From Octopus sinensis (Eukaryota), in the NCBI RefSeq assembly GCF_006345805.1, contig NC_043018.1, positions 11,470,001-11,534,000 of the forward strand: a stretch of 64,000 bases of DNA, written 5' to 3'. Of this stretch, positions 1 to 12,504 are shown one piece after another (the first letter of the stretch is position 1; each line of letters opens with the position of its first letter). Made by a program: the position numbers and the translations under genes. A model generated the notes under the pieces. That model made no database searches. It saw nothing but the letters and a program-made list of their open reading frames with translations, and had not been told where the DNA came from.

Positions 1-1087
1 AAGCATTTCGCCCGGTGTGCTAATGTTTCTGCCCGCTGGCCACACCAAAAACATACACAACAAGTACAGGACATCACCAATGAGTAAAAAATATGTAAAC
101 ACACGAGAGAAAAGTACATGACAAAATACTAAAAGAAGATAACTCCTCATCAGTTGTCGGACTGTTTATTACTCCCTGTTTCATGCTTTTAGCGACAATA
201 TAGGGAAACTTCATAAGACAGCAACATCCAAAAAATGTTTAAACATAAAATTCACGGGGAGTTCGAGCTCTTGTGCTTATTGTGTATGTTTTTGCTATTT
301 TGTCCTGTACTTATCATACACAGGATCCACAAAAGCTCAAATTTCACAACTTGCGAAGTAAACACAGCAATGTCACTCAGCACACTGCCTCATGAAGGTC
401 ACTGCTAGCTCTCACTGCACATGTATCTGTGTGTTGTCATCTGTTGGCCCATTTCAGAACTAGTCCAGGAACTTTTTGATACCACCTCATACACTGGACT
501 CTCCATACAGTACAGCGAATAGCATTTGTAACACCAGGCACCCTAGAATCTCAACATTGCATATCTTCACCATGTCATCATTTTTATATATACACTATTC
601 CTGGCTGGTATGCATTGGACAGGACTTTTTAAGGCAGTGTTTCATAGCAAAATGTTCTTTTAATTACCTCTATGACATACAGAAACTCAATGTAAGCATT
701 GTAAAAACCAAGTAGCACATTGTATGGGTACTTACGGGTCTGTTGCAGGATTATTCATTTTTGCCAGCTGAGTGAGCTGGAGCAATGTGAAATGAAGTGT
801 TTTGCTCAAGAACACAATGTATCACCAGGTCCAGTAATCGAAACCACAACCTTACAATCATGAGTCCAACACCCCTAACCACCAAGCCACACATCTCCAC
901 TTATTAATTGACGGTAGCTTTGACAGGTCAAGAATCTAAAGATTACTGATGGGAAAGTTTGTGCTTTATTTATTGTCAAAATTAATTTTCCTCCACAATT
1001 AGTATTTAGTAGCTGATGGATAGCATTGCATTGATTCAAAGAAACAAAATCTCATTTAAAAGAAAGATAATTAATAAAAATTCTTAC

Positions 1088-1138
1088 ACTGCTCCAGAAA
1101 GTATCCTTATTCTTGCTTTCAGAAGTTGGAGACGGTGT
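1088..1138 (-). CDS. EFCAB6: probable EFCAB6-like micro-exon (linker region)
   Basis: strong acceptor TTCTTTCCATCTTTTCAACAG, GTAAGA donor; 51 nt, open in the expected phase 0 (TPSPTSESKNKDTFWSS); no domain support. Confidence 0.65.
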
Positions 1139-4021
1139 CTGTTGAAAAGATGGAAAGAGAATATAAAGAAAGAAAACAATAAAATCAAAACATTACAAGA
1201 AACTGAAAGAAAATCACACATATGCATCAACTGTATGTATTATAAAATGTGTGTGTGTATGTATGCGAGAGAGAGAGAGAGAGAGATATGAAACGAAGTA
1301 ATAACAAAACCATCACCATCATCATATCATCTACAATCATCATCATCATTTTCCACCACCACCACCATCCTCATCTTCATCTTTTTCCATCATCATCAGA
1401 GAAAGACGAACGGGCAATGACAATAAACAGGAGGATTAGTACAGGATAAAACAGCCAGATTATGAAAGCTGTTTTATGTAATGAAGAATTAGAGAAAGAC
1501 ACTGAAATCTATTGAATAATAAATGAATGCTGGGTGTGATGGAGCAGCATTAGATCTAATCGCTAGAGTGATGAGGGTATTCGGCTTCGGTCAATGGCAG
1601 TGTCAACAAACAACAGATGAATGTTCTAAACTTTACCTTCATTGTTGCCATTCCTGTTCTTATCTTCTTGATTGCAAATGGTTGGGAGAGAGTGGAGTAG
1701 GGGAGGCATAATCAATGAGATCAATGTCAAGATATATTCTTTTATTCTTTTACATGTTTCAGTCATTTGACTATAGCCATGCTGGAGCACCACTTTTAGT
1801 CAAACAAATCAATCCAAGGACTTTTTTTTAAAAAAGCCTAGCACGTATTCTATAGGTCTCTTTTCCTGAACTACTAAGTTACGAGAATGTAAACACACCA
1901 ACATTGGGGGACAAATACAGACACATAGGCACACACAAAAATACATACATACATACATGCATACATATCAAATAAGTAACAGGATATCAGGTATTAATGC
2001 AACACGACTGTTTCAGCCAGATCCATTTAATCAAACAATGCCATCTTCAGCTGCAAAAAATATGGATTTTCAACAGACAAGACATATTAATATAATTTTT
2101 AGCAAATATTTTATCAGAGCTAGATGATGAAAGAATTTCATGTTGCCACTATTGCAGTAGAAATAATGTAAGAGAAAAGCTTTGGAGTGGCAGGAATTAT
2201 AAAATAATAAAAACATACAGTACAGTACTCTTTCTACTTCACGGATTTTCCCCTATTGCATGGAATGTAACATCCATGAAAGTTGAGGGATTATTGTATA
2301 CACACACACATAAACATCACCAATTTATAAGTATAAGCATGGTGTGTATATGTGAATACATTGAAGTTAAAGAAAGTACAACTAATGGAAGAGAGACTTG
2401 TATTGGAAGCAGGTGCCGAGGGAAATTAGTTTCTGAAAGATTTTGCCATCTGGATTCTGACATTCACTGAAATTGGGACTGCAGCAACTCAACAAAAGAG
2501 AAATTGAGAATCTTGTGTGATGCCAAAGAGTATTTGAAGAAGATGGCTTTCAGGAAAATGATCACCAATCAAAAGTAACCTTATTTAGTGATCAAGAATA
2601 TTAGAATTCACACCTCTTGAATATATCGAAACAACATTAAGATATATAAATTCATAATTAGCATCACATGACTTTCTGTATATGTAATTGTTATTTAACC
2701 ATTTTTCAAGTAAAATAGCTGCTGGATATGTGTTATAACCATTCTTTAATAGTTTCTGCAATCAATTGCACAAATGGTTCTTAAATGGTGAGCTGTGATG
2801 CACTATGAATTACAAGTAGTGTTTAGATGCATTAGGGACTTGCAAAAGTAATATTGAAGGTTTTAAAAAAGATCAGTACTAAGAGTCTTGTAAAATATGT
2901 TATTCATAATTTTGTTACATCTTTCACAAAACCCAAACAGAAAGCAGTGGGCAGTAGACTTAATCTTTCATTTGAATTAAGGTCACCAGCCATGGTATCC
3001 ATGGCTGTGTGGTGCGACCCTCACACCAGCATGGAAAATGGATGTTAAATGATGATGATGATGTGACTTAGAAGAAACATGACTGACAAAAAGCAAAAGT
3101 AGTCAAGGAAGCAAAAGAAGAGCAAAGAGGGCAACAAAAGAAAAAAAGACTACAACAAAGAGAGAAGAAGGACAGAGAAAAAGATAAAGGAAAAATAGTA
3201 AGAGATGTTTGGAAAGGAAGTACAATGGATGATACTGTATCCATAATTGTTGCTCTGTAGACTCAATGTTGCTTTATTTATTGATGTCAGGAAGATTTGA
3301 ATTCAAAGCAATTTCAAGAGAGGGATTTAATTCATTACCGTGATCCCAGCACTCAATTTCTGGGTGAGATTGGCCACACTGCCCATCACCTCATCCCAGT
3401 TCTTCTTCATTTTATCAACCCTCAAAGGACAAACGGCAAAGGTGACCTCAACAGTATTTGAGCTTAGAACATAAAACATCAGAAGAAATGCCAGTAAGCA
3501 TTTTCTTTTGCTAATGACTCTCCCAGCTCTCTGCCTTATAGCTGTCTTCAATGAAGTACTCTATACAGCTAGCATTCAGTTTGAGGATAATATTCTCTCT
3601 TGATACTAACAGTCTCACAAGTTCTGAAAAAGGATGTGGACACTGTACTTCTTCTTTTGAGTCATGTGACCAAAAAAATGGTGTTTTTGTCATGTGACTT
3701 CAAAAGTCAAGTGGCTAAATTAGACTTCCATGACTTAAAAACACAAATATGAATAAAAAAAAATCATGACTCAATTAGAGTCATGTGACTTAAAAACATG
3801 AGTGGAAAAATACAAAAAAAAAGTGGAGGGAGCAAAGGGAGAGCAAGGAGAGCAACAAATAAAGACTACAACAAAGAGAGAACAAGAAAGGAAGAGAACG
3901 TAAAGGGAAGATGATAAGAGATGTTTGGAAAGGAACTACAATGGAAACAATTGTAATGAATGAGAGCGAGAGGAGAGGTAGAGTTCAATGAAGTGAAAAT
4001 ATGTTTATAGAGCTGACACAC

Positions 4022-4174
4022 CTGGCGGGATCCTGGCTTTGGGGAGTAAGTAAAACGTTCATCATCTGGCATCACTTTCTCTGCAGTGGCAGGACTGTCA
4101 ATGTTGTCTAAGAAATCCTGGTACATCACATTTCCAAATTTGTTCAGTGGGATTATGGACCATATTGTAGTAAA
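4022..4174 (-). CDS. EFCAB6: EFCAB6-like exon
   Basis: CAG acceptor, GTGTGT donor; 153 nt, phase 0-0; FTTIWSIIPLNKFGNVMYQDFLDNIDSP..., resembling the EFCAB6 motif F..LW..MPVN..G.L.Y.DFL (recalled). Confidence 0.92.
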
Positions 4175-4344
4175 CTGGAAACAGAAAGTGAATGAATGAA
4201 TGAATGTATGTGTGTGTGTGTGTGTGTGTGCATACGTGTGTGTGTGTGTGTGCTCTCTTCTGTTTTTAATTATTTAAATTCTTTCTTTGAGGAAAAAGAT
4301 GGTTTCTAACAAAGATACAAAGCCACACACACACATATATATAT

Positions 4345-4405
<61 letters not shown>

Positions 4406-4414
4406 TATGTTATA

Positions 4415-4680
4415 CTAGCTGGCCCTATACCATCAAAAAAGAAAGTTAATTGTAGTATTTTATATATAAATAAGGTACAAACCAAGGTTTTAGTTTAATA
4501 ATTCTTTTATGACCAAATTTTTCTGTGAAAAATCTATCCACAATTAACATCAAAATTTTTATGTTTTCCTTCCTTCTTGTACAACTTAAGGCCACATAAA
4601 GCTGGCTGTGACTAAATATGGGAGCTGGCAGGTAAATACCAACTTTTTCCTCTCCTTTCAATTGCACTCTCCATTACTGA
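4415..4680 (-). mobile_element. Helitron remnant (PIF1-type helicase C-terminus and CTAG 3' end)
   Basis: KVGIYLPAPIFSHSQLYVALS matches the Helitron helicase motif GIYLP.PVFSHGQLYVALSR; CTAG followed by T at 4415-4418 on the minus strand. Confidence 0.75.
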
Positions 4681-5354
4681 AACCAACTTAAACTCATACG
4701 ACTTAAAGTCACACAAAACAGTCTGTGACTTAAAGTTGATGTTGTAAAAACTCCCGATTCAAAATTTATTTCATAAATTTTTTAATAGAAATAAATTAGG
4801 CACATGTATGAACTGTTAAACGTGTATTTATAATACACTTTTCCACTGAGTTGATTTATATTCTTGATACACTCAGGCAATAATTATTTTCTCTAATAAG
4901 TTTGTATATGTATATGTTTGTGTAGATGTGTGTGATTGTAATAATTATTTTTAACGAAACAGATATAATATGGATGGTAAATCCAAATTGAAACACTTGT
5001 CAGTGTTATCTTGTGGTTGTCTTTTGACATTCACATACTTCCCCTGTACATGCACACACATACGTATACTCACACAGAGTTGAAACACTGTTTGATTTCT
5101 CTTTCAACGTTGAATGTTCACCATCCTTCTTCCATTGCACACAAACACGCAAGCATTCACAATCCTCCCTTTTTACATACACACACATATACTCGCGCAG
5201 AGTTGAAATGCTGTTTTGTTTTTTCTCACCCCTTCCATATCCATCTATCACTCCTTCCTTTCTCGTTCATATGTTGTGACAGAGAAAGACACAAGAGTAT
5301 TATTATAGTAGATTATATTCTATCATATACTTGTTTCAGTAATTGGGTTGTGGC

Positions 5355-5860
5355 TACAAAGTGGTATCAAAAAGTTCCCAGACTAGTCATGTTTAATAAG
5401 AAATAACTGATGTACCTAAGTTTAACATCATCCCCTTCAAAATAGTCACCTTGAGCAGCAACACACCAGTCTCAGCATTCCTGCTACTTTTGGAATCTGG
5501 TCTGGAAGTCGTTTTCTGTAAGCAAGTCAAGAACCTTCTGTGATTCACTCTGGATCTCAACAACGGTGTTAAAACAGTGACCTTTGAGCTGCATTTTCAT
5601 CTTGGGGAAGAGGATGGCTGTTTGCAGGTGCTAAATCTAGCAAATGGAGCAGGCGTGGAAGCAACACTAAGTCGTTTTTGTTGAGGAGAGCTCAGTGACA
5701 GGGTGCCTTGTTGTCTTGAAGAATCAAAATTCTTTGTGCTCCACAGATCCGGTCACTTTCGTCAAAAGTCCTCCCTCAAACACTTCAAAACATCATTGTC
5801 CTCCAATAATCCTCATACACCAGCTAATGACTCTTCTCCACATTTCAGTCACAAATGACC
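5355..5860 (-). mobile_element. degenerate mariner transposon fragment
   Basis: decayed transposase C-terminus (W..C.AAQGDYFEGD-like) followed by a TIR-like end. Confidence 0.5.
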
Positions 5861-5869
5861 ATGGTATTG

Positions 5870-6156
5870 CAGCTAGAAAGTTACCCTCGGAAGCATGGAC
5901 AAGGTTGTTTATAGAAGACTAACAGTTGCCCATGCATATCAGCCTCCTCCATTCCCTGCCACTGATGTTATCCAAGGGAAAGGCAAAGGCTGATACAATT
6001 TGGCACCAATGATGTCGCAACTCATTTCTGCAGCTGGAGCAATGCAAAATAACATGTCTTGCTCAAGAACACAATGCACAGTCTGTCTGAGAATCAAATG
6101 CACTACCTCATTATTATGAGCCCGACGTTGTAACCACTGAGCCATGTGCCTTCACA
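5870..6156 (-). mobile_element. tRNA-derived SINE, family B (other copies ~720-900, 16065-16180, 26310-26510, 36640-36977, 58140-58432 on minus; 60143-60480 on plus)
   Basis: GAAGGCACATGGCTCAGTGGTTA head with pol III A box, degenerate B box, shared TGTTCTTGAGCAAGACA body in all copies. Confidence 0.8.
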
Positions 6157-7189
6157 CGCACACATGCACACACACACACACACACACACACCACACACAC
6201 ACACACATAATACATGTTGCTGAGTAGCATATTCATGGTTATGGTATATAACCAGTCAAAAAGTTGCCATTGATTTTTGTGTCTACTATTGCACTTGGTA
6301 ATACAGATGACTCATCAGATATGCTAGCTAAAAACACATAGCCAACTTTTATGCTGGAGGCAGATATACAAACTTGGTTAGCTTGGTGAAAAATAAATCA
6401 AACAAAAACTCTTTCTTAGAACAAAAAAAATGATGTCTCCCATTGTATGGCCCCAGCCATGGCTGAAGAGGGTCAGCTGTGCCTGCATACACTTCTCTGT
6501 TTTCTAGCCAAAAGGGAAGACCATATTAACAAAATTAATAAAAAAGAAAGCACCTAAATTGTGCAAATGTTTTGAGTATTCCCCTTCTAGTTTGCAGCAT
6601 CTGCTTCTGTTGAGGTATGGCCCAGGTTGCAGCAGCAGCTTCCAGTTCATTTCATATGGTATTCCTTCCTCTTTTAATCACCATATATAGCTAGTTAGTA
6701 TTGTAACTCTGCACGTCTCTTGGATCCTAAAAGAGGACCTATTGTTACTTAATCTGGCTTTAAAAGGGTCCTCCATTGTTCCAACATATTTCTATGTATG
6801 TATCCTCTCATTGCTGCTGTTGTTACAGTTGCTGGACACTACCAACTCTGTTTTGTAAATGACAACCTTAATGTTCCATCGACCATTCACAAGGCATTCA
6901 TTGCTAGTGCTACATGAGCGTTCTCTGCAAAGGGCTTTGAGGTATTTGTTAATATCTTTCTGACACTAGGCACACAGATGAACTAAGCCCTTAAGTTACA
7001 TTCACTGGATAATCTCCTATATCCATGGGACTATGTGAAATGCATTTTTACTAATTTAAATAAGACTCTTTCTATGCAGGTGAGAAGAGTAGAGAAAACC
7101 AGAGAACAGTGGTGAGTGTAATTCAAGAGAATTTGACTACTATTTTCAGCAAGTCAAGCACTGGCTCATGCAGGTCCTACTGCAAACCT

Positions 7190-7390
7190 AATGAAAGTCT
7201 GTCATATATTAAGACAACCCCATGCCACCCACCTATAGTCTTTGAAAACCTTATAAAGGGTCTCAGTAAGTGGACTTCAAACCTATACATTCATAAAGAA
7301 GATTTTAATGCAGTAGCCCCCTATTATAATGAATCTCTTACAGCCAGCAGGTTTAAGGACCACATCATGTATATGCCTGGACCTAACACC
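7190..7390 (+). mobile_element. Penelope-like element fragment (RT thumb/linker)
   Basis: YIKTTPCHPPIVFENLIKGLSK...FNAVAPYYNESLTASRF resembles the PLE motif YI...SNHPP....L...IS.R......F..A.PYY..AL..SG. Confidence 0.65.
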
Positions 7391-7716
7391 CACAAAAGTA
7401 AAATTTTGCTTCATTTTTTCACCACAAATCTAACCAAAGTTGTATATGTACCTCCAGCATAGAAGAGGTTATGTGCTTCCAGCCACCAGATCTGACAAGT
7501 CCAATGGCACACATGAAACCAATGGGAACTTTCTGACAGGTTGTGTGCCATAACCAGGAAGATACTATTCAAAAATAGAAAAGTATAACTGTTCAAATTC
7601 TCTTTTAGAGTGTTATTTTTCTTTTTCCTGATTCATGGACAAGTGGCCAATGATATAAATAAATATATAAATATATATACACACACGCACACATACATAT
7701 ATATATATATATATAT

Positions 7717-8290
7717 CATCATCATCATCATCATCGTTTAACATCCGTTCTCCATGCTAGCATGGGTTGGACGGTTTGACCGGGGATCTGGGAAGCCAGA
7801 AGGCTGCACCAGGCTCCAGTCTTATCTGGCAATGTTTCTACAGCTGGATGCCCTTCCTAACGCCAACCACTCCGTGAGTGTAGTGGGTGCTTTTTACGTG
7901 CCACCTGCACAGGTGCCAGGCAAGGCTGGCAACGGCCACGGTCGGATTGGTGTATTTTACGTGCTACCGGCACGGAAGCCAGTCGAGGCGGCGCTGGCAT
8001 CGGCCACGAGTCGGATAGTGCTTTTAACGTACCACCAGACCAGGGATCCTGGCTGGTTCAATTCGATTTCGATTTCGCTTGCCCCAACATGTCTTCGCAA
8101 GCAAAGGGGGTTGGCATGGGTGCCTGTCGTCGGATGAGGTTCTATATCGACTTCGCTTGCCTCAACAGGTCTTTGTGTCCAAGGGAGGAAAGGCATGCAT
8201 AAGTGGGCTGGACTCACTTGTCCTGCCTGGTCTTCTCATGTACAGCATATTTCCAAAGGTCTCGGTCACTGGTCATTTCCTCAGTGAGGC
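7717..8290 (-). mobile_element. RTE-tail retroelement ending in (GAT)n (related copies ~14490-14780, 19110-19400, 21840-22246, 32035-32470, 44950-45690, 47157-47720, 53957-54706, 57666-58140, 59648-59880, 60535-60697)
   Basis: conserved GAGTGGTTGGCGTTAGGAAGGGCATCCAGC...CCAACCCATGCTAGCATGGA...GTTAAACGATGATG 3' module; the copy at 44950-45690 is contiguous with an RTE RT fragment. Confidence 0.8.
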
Positions 8291-8292
8291 CT

Positions 8293-8374
<82 letters not shown>

Positions 8375-9118
8375 CACATACATTCACCTATATACTGACT
8401 ATATATACGGTTAAATGGAAGCTCCTTGAACAACCAGGGCTTACATAAATAGGAGCAATGGTGTAAGCTTTGAATCCTAAAAAACTCACTTGACTTGGGG
8501 ACTTTCTTAAACTCCAGGAAAAAAGTATTCATCAACACTCCCATCTAAATCCTTTTCTGCTTCAGATTTGGAATTCCCCATTCGTTGAATAAGTCTCACG
8601 ACAGCACCTTCGAATCTTACCATGGTTGGAGTTGATGTAAGGGAGATAACCCCATCCCACCCGCAGCACAGATAAATATTTTTTGCTTACATAACCAACA
8701 CAACCGTTGCGTATTCCAGTTCTAGAGAGGTTATGCACCTTCAGCAATTTGAATGTGATGAGTCCCCTATATTGCTAAGCACTTTATAGGTGCGAAACCA
8801 ATGGTCACTCTATGCTTGGCTATAACTTTTAACTTCCTAAGATATATATATATATAAATACAAATGGGACAAGAACGCAAAACATCCAGATAAGCGGTAC
8901 AAAAAACACGGACGGGTCATTCGAAGACTTTAATCTTCAGTCAAGAACCGGATCATCTTCGCAATTTCGGCTGATTAATCTTGAGATTGCTCCAATCTGG
9001 CCAGCCCCAAGGAAAAACTAAGCTAAGAGCATTAGATTCCTTGGCTTTCAGTGCAAATGGTCTTTTACACGGCGCTGTGTTTACAATCCTGTAAATAGTA
9101 ATAATAATGGTATTTATC

Positions 9119-9369
9119 CTATAAGCTTAAAGCTTATGGCAATCGCTGTGCAATGACTAAGGAAAATAGTCTCGGTAGAAAAAAGAAGGCATTCCTGTCT
9201 GCGTGGGAGGTGAACCCACATCCTTTTGTTAACGCGACTAAGTGTATTACCTTTACATGTGGATAGGAAAGCCTTCTTTTTTCTGTCCTGTCAAGAAATT
9301 ATATGCTCCTTTATTAGATTATTTTTCTTACTCATTGCATGGTGATCGCCATAAGCTTTAAGCTTATAG
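9119..9369. mobile_element. MITE-like foldback element with nested inverted repeats and a tRNA-like core
   Basis: outer arms ~9119-9171 / 9317-9369 (CTATAAGCTTAAAGCTTATGGC...), inner arms ~9176-9200 / 9258-9284. Confidence 0.75.
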
Positions 9370-9482
9370 AAAAAAAAATATATATATATGGACCAATCTT
9401 TGGTCAAAACATATCTAAGTTTATCTAAGTTTATATATATATATACATACACACACACACATATACCGTACATATATATAGT

Positions 9483-9560
<78 letters not shown>

Positions 9561-9575
9561 CAAACAGACAGACAG
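9483..9575. repeat. (GATA)n/(GACA)n microsatellite
   Basis: directly visible. Confidence 0.95.
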
Positions 9576-9657
9576 ATTGATACACACACATTTTGTGAAA
9601 GTAACACATTTCTTAGGCAGTTTAAAATAAATACATTGGCAACATAGATTCACTTAC

Positions 9658-9855
9658 ATTTCCTGGATCGATGTCAATGCCACATCTTTGCAAGATACAC
9701 TGAAAATCCCCTTTTGAAATTCCATTTATAGAAGCATAATCAACTTCTTCAAAAGCAGTCAATAGTCTATCTTTATTAGCAGAAACAAACTTCCTAAGGA
9801 TGTCTTCAATATTCTTGCTGGGTCTTTGGGAAGCTGATTGTTTAGTGTCACCACA
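9658..9855 (-). CDS. EFCAB6: EFCAB6-like exon (EF-hand)
   Basis: poly-T TAG acceptor, GTAAGT donor; 198 nt, phase 0-0; CGDTKQSASQRPSKNIEDILRKFVSANKDRLLTAFEEVDYASINGISKGDFQCILQRCGIDIDPGN. Confidence 0.92.
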
Positions 9856-10124
9856 CTAAAAAAAAAACAGAAAAAATCAACAAAGATACAGAAACACCAT
9901 GCTGCAAAGAGAGCAAAGCATATTACACTCGTCCCATCTGCCCATCTGCCCATCATTCAGACCAGCCTTAATTTTGGTGAGAATTTCTTTTGAAACACTT
10001 TCCTGAGCTGATACAAAATTATCAAAACTCAGTGTCGCTAAAATTGTCAAGAAGGCTGAGGGTGTCTTGTCATCACTCACCAAATCTTTTGTGAGCTGCT
10101 CTTCGACTATCTATCTGCGGCTTT

Positions 10125-10715
10125 ATATAGCTATGGTAAGACCTCACCTGGAATTTGCATCACCGGTCTAGAACCCCTATCTTGCCTAGGATATCAATCG
10201 TCTGGAAGCCGTTCAGTGACGTGCAACCAAAAGAATACCCTCCATCAGGCATTTGCCATATTCTGAACGCCTTACTTCCTTGGGCATGGACACATTGAAA
10301 CTCCGACGTCTGGCAGCTGACTTGGCAGACACCCATAAAATTATCAACCATCTTACAAACAATAACTCTGAGCACCTTTTCAAACTCCACCCATCTAACA
10401 CCTATGGACATATTTACTAAGTCAGAAAACAGCACAGCTCCCATGACTTTAGGAAACATTTTTTCTCGCTGAGAGTTGCTGAAGCATGGAACAGACTGCC
10501 GGCATCAGTTGTTAGTTGTCGGAGCACTGCATCCTTCAAAACTTCCATGCTTTCTGAGATTTTCTCCCCTCCATACACACACAAGCTTGTATCTGACTCA
10601 TACACTGTTCGCTTCCCAGACATTTGTACATTACTGCATATACTCTATATGCACTTTCTGACAAGTTGTGGTGCACCTGAGCACTGAATACAATAATTTC
10701 ATTATTATTATTATT
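10125..10715 (+). mobile_element. 5'-truncated CR1-like LINE 3' end with (TTA)n tail
   Basis: LEAVQ*RATKRIPSIRHLPYSERLTSLGMDTLKLRRLAADL...RKHFFSLRVAEAWNRLPASVV, a typical CR1/L2 ORF2 C-terminus. Confidence 0.85.
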
Positions 10716-12286
10716 TTGCCAGAAGTTCTCAGAATTAGCAAGTAATGCTAGCAAAATGACAAAAACATTCCTTCACGTATGCATTCACTCACACAAACAC
10801 CCACAGCTGTCTTACCAGCACTATGGCACAATGCAATGTATTGGGGCCTATGGTATCCAGTATTGACAGTGAGCCACAACATACATAGTTTAACATAGGA
10901 TCTCTAAACTTGTGGGACCCCAGACAACTGCCTGCAGTATTTATGCCTTAAGATTGTACTGTTCACATCCATGTCACATAATGGAAACACTCACACAGAA
11001 AGATATGCATTCACAAGCTGATAAACACTCAGATAACTTCTACAGACTTTATTAAACAAATAACTAACAAATAAACCAAAATCCCATCACTATTATCTTT
11101 CAATGTCCATCTTCCATGCAAACATGTTTACATGTTTTGACAGGATCTAATGTGACTGAGGGATGAATGATGCCTGGATCTCTGCTTTGGCATAGTTTCT
11201 ATGGCTAGATGTCCTTCTGGGTCCTGTTTTATAGCACTAGTACTAGTGAGATCATCATGCAGATTGCAAGATTAAGATCCCCTTTGATGGAGATAACAGA
11301 AGAGATGAAAGTGGCGTTATGCTTGGAAATGAGAGATGAAAGGGGCCAGAACAAAACATACTTCTTGCTGTAGAGGAGCTACGTGGTTACCCTGTTATAC
11401 AAGAGGGTAGGACTAACTGGAAAAGAGATATAAAATAGTGGTGAAGTGTCAAGGTGAACCCCCAAAGTACAAGAAGTCAAATATAAGTAAGTGGGGACAA
11501 AAAAACAGAGAGTGGTGGCAGGTAGACTTTGCAAGACTATATGAAGAGAGAGGGGGCATGAAAAGAGATGGGGAATTGGTGAGGGGACGAATAATAAAAA
11601 GGACACATTGGTTAATGTAGTCATGGGTATACAAAAAGATGGGATGGTCATGGCTGGAATATCTTTTGACCATTTGTAGTTTGTTCAGGGCAGACCTGGG
11701 CAAAACAGCACATCACCAATGGCAACAACTGATTTACTTACCACAGTTGTTTTTCTTCTGTCTGTGGGGCATTGAGTATCAAATTCCTGTGAAAGGGGAA
11801 AAAAAATCAACAAGGGGTCAATAAAATTTTAGAGAATGAAGAAAACTTCTATAATAATAAAAGAAAAATTCTGTCTGTCCGTCTGGGACCCCTGCATCTC
11901 AGTCTATGTTTGCTTTACAAGGACATATTATACCTTTTTTGGAATCAGAATAATACTGGGATTGAAAATTTTCCCTTCATTTGGTTCTTGAACATCCAGC
12001 ATCGGGATCTGATTTAAAAGCATTTGAGTTGACACATGCCACCTCCCCACTATAGATAGAACTATATTCACATCTGACTCCCAGCCCTTTGCCTACGTTT
12101 TTTTCTCTCTAACTTTTCTTCTTTCTCATTTCCCCTATGCTTTTTCTCTTTCTTCTGATGAAGGACTAATGCCCAAAATGTTAACACTCCTTTTTTTATG
12201 CATTAAGCTAATGCAGTGTTGTCTCTCCTGTGTTGTGACTTTTCTTCTTTTATTATTTATTGCATTTACAACACACACATATACAT

Positions 12287-12445
12287 AGTATGGCTATGTA
12301 GTAAGAAGCTTGCTCCCCAACCATATGGTTCCAGGTTCAGTTCCACTGCATGGCACCTTGGAAAAGTGTCTTCTACTATAGCCTCAGGCTGACCAAAGCC
12401 TTGTGAGTAAATTTAATAGATGGAAACTGAAAGAATCTTGTCATG

Positions 12446-12504
<59 letters not shown>

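Noticed and set aside
140-190. GAAA...TA...CTGATGA on the minus strand (type II hammerhead order); similar at ~8930-8975 and a type I-like motif at ~2005-2055
   Set aside because: Stems cannot be paired convincingly in these copies; a family consensus would be needed.
8490-8545. GTGAGT donor with a short open frame
   Set aside because: Weak acceptor and incompatible phase; exons 9658 and 4174 join seamlessly within an EF-hand pair.
9877-10105. protein-like ORF next to an exon (VSDDKTPSAFLTILATLSF...)
   Set aside because: No usable splice sites and not needed for the gene model; likely an unassigned transposon remnant.
12150-12185. CTGATGAAGGACTAATGCCCAAAATGTTA and the related motif at 62853-62890(-)
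   Set aside because: Probably decayed hammerheads, but core positions are mutated, so they are not called as features.
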